Positions 9,046-18,404 of a DNA stretch of 27,463 nucleotides are shown in pieces. A program made the translations under genes and the position numbers. The stretch's first letter is position 1, and every line of letters begins with the position of its first letter. The notes below the pieces were generated by a model. The model was not told the DNA's origin and did no database searches. It saw nothing but the letters and a program-made list of their open reading frames with translations. The stretch is taken from NCBI GenBank assembly GCA_041497675.1, contig JBGQGY010000033.1, positions 1-27,463 of the forward strand, written 5' to 3'. Source of the stretch: a bacterium. GTDB taxonomy: Bacteria > Sysuimicrobiota > Sysuimicrobiia > Sysuimicrobiales > Humicultoraceae.

Positions 9046-9925
9046 GTCTCCGCGAAACACCCGCGGCAAAGCGCTGGGCCGTGGCCTGGCCGCACTGATC
9101 CCTGGGGCCGGGGCATTCCAGGGCCACGCCACCATGGAGATTCCTGTGGACCGAATCCGACCCAACAGTCTTCAGCCGCGCGCGGAGATGGACGGGGCGG
9201 AACTTCGGGACCTGGAAGCGTCCATCAGGGAGCAGGGGGTGCTGCAGCCGGTGCTCGTCAGACCCACCGCCGATGGGTATGAGTTGGTCGCCGGGGAGCG
9301 CCGATGGCGGGCCGCGATGGCTGCTGGGCTGACCAGTGTTCCAGCGGTCGTGAAGCCGTTTGACGACCTTGGCGCGCTGGAGGCCGCTCTGGTGGAAAAC
9401 CTCCAACGGGAGGATCTCAGCGCCCTGGACCGGGCCCGGGCATACCGGCGGCTAACTGAAGAGTTCGGTCTCAGCCAGGACGCGGTCGCGAAACGCGTCG
9501 GGCGCAGCCAACCGTCGATTGCGAACACACTCCGACTATTCGCCCTCCCCGACGAGGTTCAGAGATCTTTGGACGCGGGTAGGATCTCAGAGGGTCATGC
9601 CAGGGCGCTCCTTTCGATACGCGACCAACGCAGGCTATTGGCCATTTGGAGGGCCGTCGAGGAGAGGGGGCTGTCTGTTAGGCAAACTGAATCCGCAGCA
9701 AAACGCCTGACTATTTCACGTGAAATAACCAGTGGGATGACGTCAGGAGCAGGAAGAATAGAGATCAAAAATATCGAACAAACCATATCAGAAAAGATCG
9801 GATCACCGATACGAATCGTGACGTCAAGATCCGGAAGGGGAGAAATACGGATATCCTTCTTCTCTCCGGCCGACTTTGACCGCCTACTGGCAGCGTTGGG
9901 TGTAGAGACTCAAGGGGCCCGGTGA
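9017..9925 (+). CDS. parB: Chromosome partitioning CTPase ParB/Spo0J
   Basis: LGRGLAAL ParA-activating peptide, GERRWRA CTP motif, ENLQREDL, HTH GRSQPSIANTLRL, GHARAL. Confidence 0.96.
   Translation: MDTNSPLPPESPRNTRGKALGRGLAALIPGAGAFQGHATMEIPVDRIRPNSLQPRAEMDGAELRDLEASIREQGVLQPVLVRPTADGYELVAGERRWRAAMAAGLTSVPAVVKPFDDLGALEAALVENLQREDLSALDRARAYRRLTEEFGLSQDAVAKRVGRSQPSIANTLRLFALPDEVQRSLDAGRISEGHARALLSIRDQRRLLAIWRAVEERGLSVRQTESAAKRLTISREITSGMTSGAGRIEIKNIEQTISEKIGSPIRIVTSRSGRGEIRISFFSPADFDRLLAALGVETQGAR
9712..9727. promoter_or_regulatory. parS: parS-like 16-bp perfect palindrome TATTTCACGTGAAATA inside parB
   Basis: Perfect inverted repeat with a 14/16 match to TGTTTCACGTGAAACA; origin-proximal and intragenic in parB, as in Bacillus spo0J. 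Confidence 0.82.
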
Positions 9926-10509
9926 TGAGCGCGCACAGCGGATTGCCAGCGCGCGCCGACGCGTGGACGCTTCTTTGTGAGTGGACGCCGAACCCGAACC
10001 TCCGCAAGCACATGCTCGCCGTCGAGGCGGCCATGCAGAGCTATGCCCGGCGGTTCGGCGAGGACGAGGCGCTTTGGAGTCTGGTGGGATTGCTTCACGA
10101 CCTGGACTACGAGCGACATCCGTCTCAAGAAGCCGGACATCCCTTCAAAGGAGTCGAACACCTACGGGCTCTGGGTTACCCAGAGATGGTCTGTCGGGCT
10201 ATTCTCACGCACGCTCACTACTCGGGCATCCCACGCGAATCACAGATGGAACGAGCGTTGCATGCTTGCGACGAGCTCACAGGCTTTGTCATCGCGGTCG
10301 CGTTGGTCCGACCCTCGCGCAGCCTGCACGAGGTGGACGCCGCAGCGGTGAAACGAAAGATGAAGGACAAGGCCTTTGCCCGCGCGGTCTCACGAGACGA
10401 GATGGTGCGGGCCGCCGAAACACTTGGTGTGCCATTCGATGATCACGTCACACTGGTCATCGACGCTATGCGCGGAATCGCGGGGGAACTGGGTCTGGCG
10501 GGGTCGTAG
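9922..10509 (+). CDS. HD/HDIG-domain metal-dependent phosphohydrolase
   Basis: RKHMLAV, GLLHDLDYE, H, ILTH, ACDELTG; overlaps the parB stop. Confidence 0.88.
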   Translation: MMSAHSGLPARADAWTLLCEWTPNPNLRKHMLAVEAAMQSYARRFGEDEALWSLVGLLHDLDYERHPSQEAGHPFKGVEHLRALGYPEMVCRAILTHAHYSGIPRESQMERALHACDELTGFVIAVALVRPSRSLHEVDAAAVKRKMKDKAFARAVSRDEMVRAAETLGVPFDDHVTLVIDAMRGIAGELGLAGS

Positions 10510-10551
10510 GACAGGAGAAGCACCGACAACCGTGGAACAACGGAGAACCCG

Positions 10552-11010
10552 ATGCCCCCAAGTAGTGAGTTGTTGACGCTCGCGATGCTCACTGTGTCTC
10601 TGGCGGTGGCCGCCGGTCTGGTCTGGGTCGCCGTCAAAGTGCAGGCGCTCGAGCGACGGCTCACGGCGACGACCGGCGATCCGCGAGTCCTCGAACGCCT
10701 GACCTCCGTCGAGCGCGAACTGGGTGCGGTGGGTGGGCGGTTGGATCATCTGGCAGGACGGGTGGACCGCATCAGTGAGGAGACGCAGCGATGCCTGCGG
10801 CGCGTCGGCATCGTGCGTTACGATGCGTTCAAGGAACTCGGTGGGCACCTGAGCTTCAGCCTCGCGTTGCTCGACGCGCGCCAGGACGGTGTGGTGGTCA
10901 GCGTGCTCAACGATCGGAACGGCGCCCGTGCGTACGCGAAACCTGTCGCAGGCGGACGGTCGACGATCACGCTATCGGAGGAAGAGCAGCGCGCCATCAC
11001 GCAGTCCTGA
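10552..11010 (+). CDS. DUF4446-like protein (N-terminal TM, coiled coil)
   Basis: VGIVRYDAFKELGGHLSFSLALLD..DGVVV...R.YAKPV.GG.S...LSEEE pattern; this family is often found downstream of parB. Confidence 0.85.
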   Translation: MPPSSELLTLAMLTVSLAVAAGLVWVAVKVQALERRLTATTGDPRVLERLTSVERELGAVGGRLDHLAGRVDRISEETQRCLRRVGIVRYDAFKELGGHLSFSLALLDARQDGVVVSVLNDRNGARAYAKPVAGGRSTITLSEEEQRAITQS

Positions 11011-11022
11011 GGCGCGGCACTA

Positions 11023-11658
11023 ATGGTTTTTGCGGACCGGCGTGACGCGGGTCGCCGCCTGGCTGCGGCTCTCGTGCACCTCCGCGGGCAACGGCTCTTC
11101 GTGCTGGCGGTGCCGCGGGGAGGTGTCGTGGTGGCCCGCGAGGTGGCGGATGCTCTCCAAGCTCCCCTCTCGGTGATCGTCCCGCGCAAGCTGCGCGCGC
11201 CCTACAATCCCGAGTTCGCGATTGGTGCTGTTGCGGAAGGCGGGGCGGTTTTTGTCGATGAGGAACTGGCCCAGACGGTGGGGGCAGGGTATCTGGCGCA
11301 GGAAATCGCCGCGCAGCGCGCGGAGATCGCTCGCCGCGTGGAGGTCTATCGGAGTGGGAAACCGTTGCCCGTTCTTACAGGAACCTGTGCGATCGTCGTG
11401 GATGACGGGATCGCCACGGGGGCGACACTGATCGCTGCGCTGCGGGCGACGCGCGCACTCGGCCCGGCGCACCTGGTCGCCGCCGTGCCGGTCGCCCCAC
11501 CGGACGGCGTTGCGCGTATGGCAAAGGAAGCTGACGAGGTGGTCTGTCTACAAGTCGCCGGAGAGTTTCACGCGGTTGGGCAATTCTACGGTGACTTCAC
11601 ACAGGTGGACGACACGACCGTGCTCGCGGTACTCGGGGAACGCTCCGATGGCCGCTGA
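11023..11658 (+). CDS. Type I phosphoribosyltransferase-family protein
   Basis: [22 protein letters not shown]-binding [21 protein letters not shown]. Confidence 0.9.
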   Translation: MVFADRRDAGRRLAAALVHLRGQRLFVLAVPRGGVVVAREVADALQAPLSVIVPRKLRAPYNPEFAIGAVAEGGAVFVDEELAQTVGAGYLAQEIAAQRAEIARRVEVYRSGKPLPVLTGTCAIVVDDGIATGATLIAALRATRALGPAHLVAAVPVAPPDGVARMAKEADEVVCLQVAGEFHAVGQFYGDFTQVDDTTVLAVLGERSDGR

Positions 11659-12772
11659 AGAACTGCGCCGGACCTCCCTGTACGACCTGCACGTCGCCGC
11701 GGGGGCACGGATGGTGCCCTTTGCAGGGTGGGAGATGCCCGTGCAGTATGCCGGTGTGACCGAGGAGCATCTGACGGTCCGTACGGGTGCTGGATTGTTC
11801 GACGTATCGCACATGGGAGAAGTGCACGTCGAAGGACCGGACGCCCTGGCCGTCGTTCAGCGCGTGATCACGAACGATGCGGCACGGCTTACGATCGGTC
11901 AGGGGTTATACAGTCCGATGTGCACCCCGTCCGGGGGGATCGTAGACGACATCACGGTGTTTCGGACCGCTGATCGAGCCTACTTGTTCGTCGTCAACGC
12001 CTCGACGCGGGCGAAGGACGTGGCCTGGATCAACACACACGCTGAGGGGCGCGCCGCGGTGGTCCGAGACGTCTCCGACGATACGGCCCTGCTGGCGCTG
12101 CAGGGCCCACGCGCTGCCGGCATCCTGGCCGGCGCGGCCGGGGTAGACTTCTCAGGGCTGGCACCGTTCCACTTCCGTGATGGCGTGGTGATTGGCGGGG
12201 CGACGACACGCGTGTTTCACACGGGGTACACAGGGGAGGACGGGTTCGAGATTGCGTGTCCGTGGGATACCGCGCCGAGCGTCTGGACAGCACTGTTGGA
12301 GGCGGGACGCGTCCATGACACGCAACCCGTCGGGCTGGGTGCACGCGACACGCTGCGACTCGAGGCGGCGTTGATGCTCTACGGGAACGACATCGATGAG
12401 ACGACCTCGCCGCTGGAAGCGCCGTTGGTGTGGACGGTGAAGTTCGACAAAGGGGACTTTACCGGACGTGACGTGCTGCTGCGGCAGCGAACCGACGGCG
12501 TGGCGCGGCGTCTGGCGGGGTTTGAGGTCACCGAACGGGCGATCCCACGCCAGCACTGCCCGATCGAGGCCGGCGGACAAGTCGTAGGAGAAGTCACCAG
12601 CGGATCGTTTGCACCGTTCCTGAAACGGCCGTTGGGCATGGGATACGTCCCGAGCGCGTTCTCCGCGGCAGGGACGTCGATCCGCATCGAGATACGTGGG
12701 AAGCCGACGGCCGCGACCGTCGTGAAGTTGCCGTTCTACCGGCGGAAGAAAATCCCCACAGAGGTGAGGTGA
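11648..12772 (+). CDS. gcvT: Glycine cleavage system aminomethyltransferase T
   Basis: [44 protein letters not shown]; likely start ATG 11648. Confidence 0.97.
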   Translation: MAAEELRRTSLYDLHVAAGARMVPFAGWEMPVQYAGVTEEHLTVRTGAGLFDVSHMGEVHVEGPDALAVVQRVITNDAARLTIGQGLYSPMCTPSGGIVDDITVFRTADRAYLFVVNASTRAKDVAWINTHAEGRAAVVRDVSDDTALLALQGPRAAGILAGAAGVDFSGLAPFHFRDGVVIGGATTRVFHTGYTGEDGFEIACPWDTAPSVWTALLEAGRVHDTQPVGLGARDTLRLEAALMLYGNDIDETTSPLEAPLVWTVKFDKGDFTGRDVLLRQRTDGVARRLAGFEVTERAIPRQHCPIEAGGQVVGEVTSGSFAPFLKRPLGMGYVPSAFSAAGTSIRIEIRGKPTAATVVKLPFYRRKKIPTEVR

Positions 12773-12776
12773 CGGC

Positions 12777-13163
12777 ATGTACCCGGACGATCGGCGCTAC
12801 ACCCGTGAGCACGAGTGGGCGAAGGCAGAAAAGGGCCGCCTCCGGGTAGGCATTACGGCTTTTGCGGCCGAACGCCTGAGCGATGTCGTCTTCATCGAAC
12901 TGCCAGAAGTGGGCGCCGAGATTCGCGAGACGGAGCCATTTGGCGTCGTCGAGTCCGTCAAAGCCGCGAGTGATTTGTTTGCGCCGGTCTCGGGCAAAGT
13001 CGTGGAGGTCAATCGGGCGATTGTCGACAACCCGGAGCTGATCAACCAAGATCCCTACGGCGGCGCCTGGATGATCGTTGTAGAACCGGCGGACCCGACG
13101 GCTTTGGAACGGTTGCTGTCGGCCGCTGAGTACGCGAAGCTGGTGGGAGCCGAAGGGGCATGA
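12777..13163 (+). CDS. gcvH: Glycine cleavage system H protein
   Basis: YTREHEW, lipoyl-lysine motif VESVKAASD, INQDPYGGAW. Confidence 0.97.
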   Translation: MYPDDRRYTREHEWAKAEKGRLRVGITAFAAERLSDVVFIELPEVGAEIRETEPFGVVESVKAASDLFAPVSGKVVEVNRAIVDNPELINQDPYGGAWMIVVEPADPTALERLLSAAEYAKLVGAEGA

Positions 13164-14533
13164 CGACGTCGACCTGGCATCCGCATAAGTACCTGCCGAT
13201 GACGGCGGAGGATCGAGACGCGATGCTCCGGGCCATCGGGACCGACTCTGTGGATGACCTGCTGGCGGATATCCCCGCCGCGGTGCGCCTCGGCCGGTCG
13301 TTGGCGCTCCCCCCGATGCTGGCCGATGATGATCTTATGGGCCATCTCCGATCGCTCGCAGACCGCAACGGGCACGCGGACCGGCTTGTGTGTTTCCTTG
13401 GGGGAGGGGCCTACGAGCACGTGATTCCCAGCGTCGTCTGGCACCTGGCCGGTCGCGCTGAGTTCTACACGGCCTATACACCCTATCAGGCCGAGATGAT
13501 GCAGGGCGAACTGCAGGCGATGTACGAGTACCAGTCGATGGTGTGCGAGCTCACCGGCATGGATGTTGCCAATGCCTCTATGTACGATGGCGCGAGCGCC
13601 GTTGGCGAGGCCGCGGTCATGGCGCGAGACTTGACGAAGCGTGACCAGGTCGTGGTATCCGCCACCGTCCATCCGCAGTACCGGCAGGTGTTGCGGACCT
13701 ACGTGCGCCATTTGGGAATCGACGTCGTCGAGCTCCCCTATGATGCCGGCCGGACGTCGCCTGCCCGCATCCGCGAAGCAACCGGCAGCCGGACCGCCGC
13801 GGTGATCGTCCAGTCTCCCAACGTGTTTGGATGTATCGAGGAGGGAGCCGCGCTGGCTGAAGTCGCACACGCTGCCGGCGCGCTCCTCGTGGTTGCGGTG
13901 GCGGAACCGATCAGCTTCGGCGTGCTCCAACCTCCCGGGGTATTTGGGGCAGACATCGTGGCAGGCGAGGGCCAGCCGTTAGGCAACCACTTGAGTTTCG
14001 GCGGACCCTACCTGGGGATGCTGGCGACCCGTGACGCATACATTCGGCGGATGCCGGGGCGGTTGGTCGGGGTGACGAGCGACCGGGACGGCCGCCGGGG
14101 GTTTGTGCTGACATTGCAGACGCGCGAGCAGCATATCCGCCGTGAGAAGGCGACCAGCAACATTTGCACCAACGAGGCCCTCAACGCGCTGGCCGCCGGG
14201 ATCTACATGGCCGCGTTGGGCAAGACCGGGATGCACCGCGTCGCCGAGATCAATGCCCGTCGCGCGCACTACGCGCGGAAGCGCCTCACCGCGATCCCCG
14301 GTGTGCGGGCGGCGTTCGACGGGCCGGTGTTCAACGAGTTCGTGCTCCGCATGCCGGTCGATCCGGAACGCCTCAACGAACGACTGGTCGAGCGCGGCAT
14401 CCTCGGCGGACTCGCGCTTGGACGTTGGTACCCTGAACTCGCCGACGGGTGGCTGGTCTGCGTCACGGAAGCGAGATCGCGGGCGCAGATCGACGCGCTC
14501 GCCGACGCGGTGTTGGAGGGGGTGCGCGCGTGA
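13160..14533 (+). CDS. gcvPA: Glycine dehydrogenase subunit 1
   Basis: [38 protein letters not shown]. Confidence 0.97.
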   Translation: MTTSTWHPHKYLPMTAEDRDAMLRAIGTDSVDDLLADIPAAVRLGRSLALPPMLADDDLMGHLRSLADRNGHADRLVCFLGGGAYEHVIPSVVWHLAGRAEFYTAYTPYQAEMMQGELQAMYEYQSMVCELTGMDVANASMYDGASAVGEAAVMARDLTKRDQVVVSATVHPQYRQVLRTYVRHLGIDVVELPYDAGRTSPARIREATGSRTAAVIVQSPNVFGCIEEGAALAEVAHAAGALLVVAVAEPISFGVLQPPGVFGADIVAGEGQPLGNHLSFGGPYLGMLATRDAYIRRMPGRLVGVTSDRDGRRGFVLTLQTREQHIRREKATSNICTNEALNALAAGIYMAALGKTGMHRVAEINARRAHYARKRLTAIPGVRAAFDGPVFNEFVLRMPVDPERLNERLVERGILGGLALGRWYPELADGWLVCVTEARSRAQIDALADAVLEGVRA

Positions 14534-16008
14534 ACCCCGAGTCCTTCCCCTTGATTTTCGAGCGCACCGCGCCTGGACGCATCGCGGTGTCGGTGCCGGA
14601 CGCGGGTGTGCCGGACGTCCCGCTGGAGGAGATCGTCGGCGCTGCGCATGCCCGCCGCGAGCCGGCGATGCTTCCTGAGGTGAGCGAACTCGATCTGGTC
14701 CGGCACTATACGCGTCTGTCGCAGCGCAACTACGCGATCGACGTTGGCTTCTATCCGCTGGGCTCGTGCACCATGAAGTACAATCCGAAGGTCAACGAAG
14801 ACGCGGCGCGTCTGCCGGGCTTTGCCCGCCTCCATCCCAACACGCCCGCCGCCCTGGCGCAGGGGGCGCTAGAGCTCTTGTGGCAGCTCGAGCAAATGTT
14901 GTGCGAGATCAGCGGCATGCATCGTGTGACGTTCCAACCGGCGGCGGGCGCGCACGGCGAGTTGACCGCGCTGATGATGATTCGCGCCTACTTCGACGAT
15001 CGGGGCGAGCGGCGTACCCGTGTCATCGTGCCCGATTCGGCTCACGGCACGAACCCCGCCTCGGCGGCGATGTGCGGGCTGACTGTCGTGACTGTGCCCA
15101 GCGACGGCCGAGGCAACATCGATTCCGGTGCGCTCCGCCGGGCGGCCGACAATTCGGTCGCGGCGTTGATGCTCACGAATCCAAACACGCTGGGATTGTT
15201 TGAAGAACACATCACTGAAGTGGCGGATATCATCCACGGGTGCGGGGCGTTGATGTATCTGGACGGCGCCAACTTCAACGCGGTGCTCGGCGTCACGCGG
15301 CCGGGCGATCAAGGGTTCGACGTGATGCACATGAACGTCCACAAGACGTTTTCGACGCCGCACGGGGGCGGGGGACCCGGCGCCGGCCCGGTTGCGGTGA
15401 AACGCCTGCTCGAACCCTATCTGCCGTCGCCGACGATCGAGCGCGACGGCGCGGTCTTCAGCCTCGACGGCGACCGGCCAAAATCCATCGGCCGCGTCCG
15501 GGCCTTCAACGGGAACTTTGGCATCTTTGTGCGCGCCTACGCGTACCTGCGCGCGTACGGTCCGCTGCTGCGCCAGGTCTCCGAGGCCGCTGTCATCAAC
15601 GCGAACTATCTGCTGGCAAAGCTGCGTCCATACTTTGACGTACCGTACGACAGAGCGTGTATGCACGAATTCGTGCTGTCCGGCCGCCGGCAGAAGACGC
15701 AGCACGGGGTGCGCACGCTCGATATGGCCAAGCGCCTGCTGGACTATGGCATCCACGCCCCGACGATTTACTTCCCTCTCATCGTCGACGAAGCTATCAT
15801 GATCGAGCCGACCGAGACAGAGAGCCGGCAGACACTCGACGCCTTCGCCGACGCCTTGATTCACGTCGCCCAGGAGTGCGAGAGCAACCCGGAGATCGTC
15901 AAGACCGCGCCGCACCGGACCGCCGTGTCGCGCCTCGATGAGGTCACCGCTGCCCGCCAGCCGAACCTCCGCTGGCGCCCCCCGACGAAAACCGGGGCGG
16001 CCCGGTGA
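14530..16008 (+). CDS. gcvPB: Glycine dehydrogenase subunit 2
   Basis: [34 protein letters not shown] lysine [27 protein letters not shown] overlap with gcvPA. Confidence 0.97.
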   Translation: MNPESFPLIFERTAPGRIAVSVPDAGVPDVPLEEIVGAAHARREPAMLPEVSELDLVRHYTRLSQRNYAIDVGFYPLGSCTMKYNPKVNEDAARLPGFARLHPNTPAALAQGALELLWQLEQMLCEISGMHRVTFQPAAGAHGELTALMMIRAYFDDRGERRTRVIVPDSAHGTNPASAAMCGLTVVTVPSDGRGNIDSGALRRAADNSVAALMLTNPNTLGLFEEHITEVADIIHGCGALMYLDGANFNAVLGVTRPGDQGFDVMHMNVHKTFSTPHGGGGPGAGPVAVKRLLEPYLPSPTIERDGAVFSLDGDRPKSIGRVRAFNGNFGIFVRAYAYLRAYGPLLRQVSEAAVINANYLLAKLRPYFDVPYDRACMHEFVLSGRRQKTQHGVRTLDMAKRLLDYGIHAPTIYFPLIVDEAIMIEPTETESRQTLDAFADALIHVAQECESNPEIVKTAPHRTAVSRLDEVTAARQPNLRWRPPTKTGAAR

Positions 16009-16955
16009 GCGCGTCACTCACCGCGACCCTCCCGACCATCGACGACATTCGCGCTGCGGCCACGCGGATCGCTCCGGACATCCGCCGGACACCCCTGCAT
16101 CCGGTCGACGACGGGATCTTCTTGAAACTCGAAAGCCTCCAGCCGACGGGATCGTTCAAAGTGCGCGGGGCCTCCAACCACCTGCGGCAGGTGGCCGCGA
16201 CTGTTCGCGGCGTGATCACCGCATCTTCGGGCAACCACGGCCAGGCCGTCGCATATGTGGCGGGCCGGCTGGGCATCCCGGCGGTCGTCGTCGTGCCGGA
16301 GACCGTCACGCCGATCAAGGCGACGAGGATCGAAGGATTTGGCGCGGAGTTGATCCGGTGCGGCACGACAATGCCCGAACGGACCGAGTTGGCCAAGCGT
16401 CTGGCGGCGGAGCGAGGGTTGCACTTTGTGCCGTCATTTGACGATCCGATGATCATCGCCGGTCAGGGGACGTGCGGCCTGGAAATCGGCGAGCAGGCTG
16501 GCGAAGTCGCGGTCGTGGCGGCGCCGACCGGCGGCGGGGGGCTGCTGTCCGGCGTAGCGCTTGTGCTGAAAACACTGCGGCCCGACATCCGGGTTGTGGG
16601 GGTAGAGCCGCAGGGACTTCGCCGCTTTGCCGTCTCTCGGGCCGCCGGAACCAGGACTATGGTACCGTTCGCGGACACCATTGCCGACGGTCTGCGTGGA
16701 CAGCAACCCGGGGTGATGACCTTGGCGGCGACGGCGAGCACGGTGGACGAGTTCGTGGGGATCGACGACGAGGCCATCGGCGATGCGATTCGGAAACTCT
16801 ACCTGGACGCGAACCTTGTTGTCGAACCCTCCGGCGCCATCGCGATGGCGGCGCTCATGAGCGGAGCAGTGACCCAGCGACCGGCTGTCGCGGTGGTGAG
16901 CGGCGGCAACCTCGATCCACATCTGTTGACAACGCTTCTGTTGGGGACCACCTAA
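16005..16955 (+). CDS. PLP-dependent threonine/serine dehydratase (or serine racemase-like), no ACT domain
   Basis: [45 protein letters not shown]. Confidence 0.9.
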   Translation: MSASLTATLPTIDDIRAAATRIAPDIRRTPLHPVDDGIFLKLESLQPTGSFKVRGASNHLRQVAATVRGVITASSGNHGQAVAYVAGRLGIPAVVVVPETVTPIKATRIEGFGAELIRCGTTMPERTELAKRLAAERGLHFVPSFDDPMIIAGQGTCGLEIGEQAGEVAVVAAPTGGGGLLSGVALVLKTLRPDIRVVGVEPQGLRRFAVSRAAGTRTMVPFADTIADGLRGQQPGVMTLAATASTVDEFVGIDDEAIGDAIRKLYLDANLVVEPSGAIAMAALMSGAVTQRPAVAVVSGGNLDPHLLTTLLLGTT

Positions 16956-17067
16956 GCAATCCTCGAAAGACCGTCTGATTTTCTGACATCGTCCTGTCGA
17001 GATTGACCGTGAAATTCAGCGATATGACGAGATAATCCCCCGATTTCCGCACCCAACAGTTCATAGG

Positions 17068-17122
17068 GTACAAATGTTCGTGTGCTTTCCCCTTGCGTAT
17101 ACGTACATATGTTCGCTATTAT
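17068..17122 (+). promoter_or_regulatory. lexA promoter with two SOS boxes
   Basis: GTACAAATGTTCG (17068-17080) and GTACATATGTTCG (17103-17115). The second box lies in the spacer of TTGCGT (17093-17098)-18 bp-TATTAT (17117-17122). Confidence 0.8.
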
Positions 17123-17141
17123 GCCGGAAGGAGGTGAGCCC

Positions 17142-17771
17142 GTGAGCGTCCCTCTCACCACTCGTCAGGAAGAGATCCTTCGGCATGTCGCCGGATGCAT
17201 TCGCCGTACCGGCATCGTCCCGTCCGTGCGGGAGATCGGCCAGGCGCTTGGCATGCGATCGCCATCGACGGTGCACCAGCACCTGACAGCATTGGCGCGC
17301 AAGGGGTACCTCCGCCGAGACGGCGATCGCATGCGTGTGCTGGAGATCACCAACCGGACCGTGCTCCCCGATCCGGATGACGTGGTCCACGTCCCGTTGG
17401 TCGGACGCGTGTCCGCCGGAACGCCGATTCTCGCAGAGCAGCACGTCGAAGACATGATCCCCATTCCACGACGTTTCGTCGGTTGGAACGAAGAGTGTTT
17501 TCTGTTGACCGTTCGTGGCGACAGCATGATCGGCGCGGGCATTTACGACGGCGACCTCGTGATCGTCCGGTGCCAACCGACGGCCGACCCTGGTGATCTC
17601 GTCGTCGCTCTGTTTGAAACTGAAGCCACAGTCAAACGGATGGCTATGGATGATGGACGGCCGTTCCTGCGTGCCGAGAATCCGGCGTATACCCCGATTC
17701 GTGGGGAGTTCGAACTTCTGGGCAAAGTCGTCGGCCTACTGCGCCGGTACCCGATTGAGAATCAGGCATGA
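17142..17771 (+). CDS. lexA: SOS repressor LexA
   Basis: LTTRQEEIL, PSVREIG...SPSTVHQHL..L..KGY, Ala-Gly cleavage site VSAGTP, GDSM serine, ATVKR lysine; RBS AAGGAGGTGA before GTG 17142. Confidence 0.97.
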   Translation: MSVPLTTRQEEILRHVAGCIRRTGIVPSVREIGQALGMRSPSTVHQHLTALARKGYLRRDGDRMRVLEITNRTVLPDPDDVVHVPLVGRVSAGTPILAEQHVEDMIPIPRRFVGWNEECFLLTVRGDSMIGAGIYDGDLVIVRCQPTADPGDLVVALFETEATVKRMAMDDGRPFLRAENPAYTPIRGEFELLGKVVGLLRRYPIENQA

Positions 17772-17923
17772 TCCACGCGTACCCGCTGATAGGGATCGGC
17801 GCAGAGAGGGTTTCACAGTCCTCCAGGGCGCCTTTTTGGAATGACCGGCAGGCCGTGCGGCTGAAGATACTGCTGATCGGCCTGTGCTTCATTGCCGCGG
17901 CCCTGCTCGAGGTCCCCCGGTGA
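17768..17923 (+). CDS. Small (51 aa) putative membrane protein coupled to lexA
   Basis: MIHAYPLIGIGAERVSQSSRAPFWNDRQAVRLKILLIGLCFIAAALLEVPR; ATGA overlap with the lexA stop, GTGA overlap with the next start, hydrophobic C-terminal segment. Not in the ORF track. Confidence 0.6.
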   Translation: MIHAYPLIGIGAERVSQSSRAPFWNDRQAVRLKILLIGLCFIAAALLEVPR

Positions 17924-18360
17924 AACCCGTTCTCCACGTCGCGACAGCTGCTCGTGTGAAGGCGGATGGTTGCATGACCTCAGCAGTGGTCCTGCGGTGG
18001 GACGGTACCGGTCCGCCCAGGGTGATCGTGCGGTCGCAGCAGAACGGCGACGTGATGGCGGCCGCGTATCGGGCACTCGTGCTGGGATTGACCGAGGCGC
18101 GACGCGTTCGCGCCCGTGCCGTGATCATCTACGCCGACAATGCGGACGTTGTTGCGCAACTGGACGGGACCGAGCGGCCGCCGGCGCCCGTGCTGGGTCT
18201 GTACTTGCAAGTCAGGGCACTGTTGAATGCCTTCCGGTCCGCCCAGGTGCAGCATTGCGCGGCGCGCGAGACCCCCGAAGCGGTCTTTGCCGCCGCGGCC
18301 GCGTTTCGCCGGCACCGGCCAGTTTACTCCGATCTCCCGCTCTGGGCTGCCGCTTCGTAA
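17920..18360 (+). CDS. RNase HI-like fold protein (RVT_3-like), apparently catalytically degenerate
   Basis: AAYRALVLGLTEARR..ARAVIIYADNADVVAQLDG...LYLQVRALLNAF aligns by eye with AEY.ALI.GL..A........V..DSELVV.Q..G...LY..A..LL..F; most acidic catalytic residues are missing. Confidence 0.75.
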   Translation: MKPVLHVATAARVKADGCMTSAVVLRWDGTGPPRVIVRSQQNGDVMAAAYRALVLGLTEARRVRARAVIIYADNADVVAQLDGTERPPAPVLGLYLQVRALLNAFRSAQVQHCAARETPEAVFAAAAAFRRHRPVYSDLPLWAAAS

Positions 18361-18404
18361 GCGCAGGGCTGCGGCGGTCGGCCGCAGAAGTCTCTCCCCC
18401 CACC

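Noticed and set aside
14869..16017. 382-aa antisense ORF, and similar long shadows at 13055-13930, 17980-18888, 19471-20568 and 26605-27429
   Set aside because: They lie opposite well-supported genes, are expected in high-GC DNA and have no recognisable motifs
17892..18404. N-terminal extension of the 350-aa TPR ORF
   Set aside because: It overlaps the RNase H-like gene in another frame and is low-complexity R/G/A-rich; the real start is likely 18405
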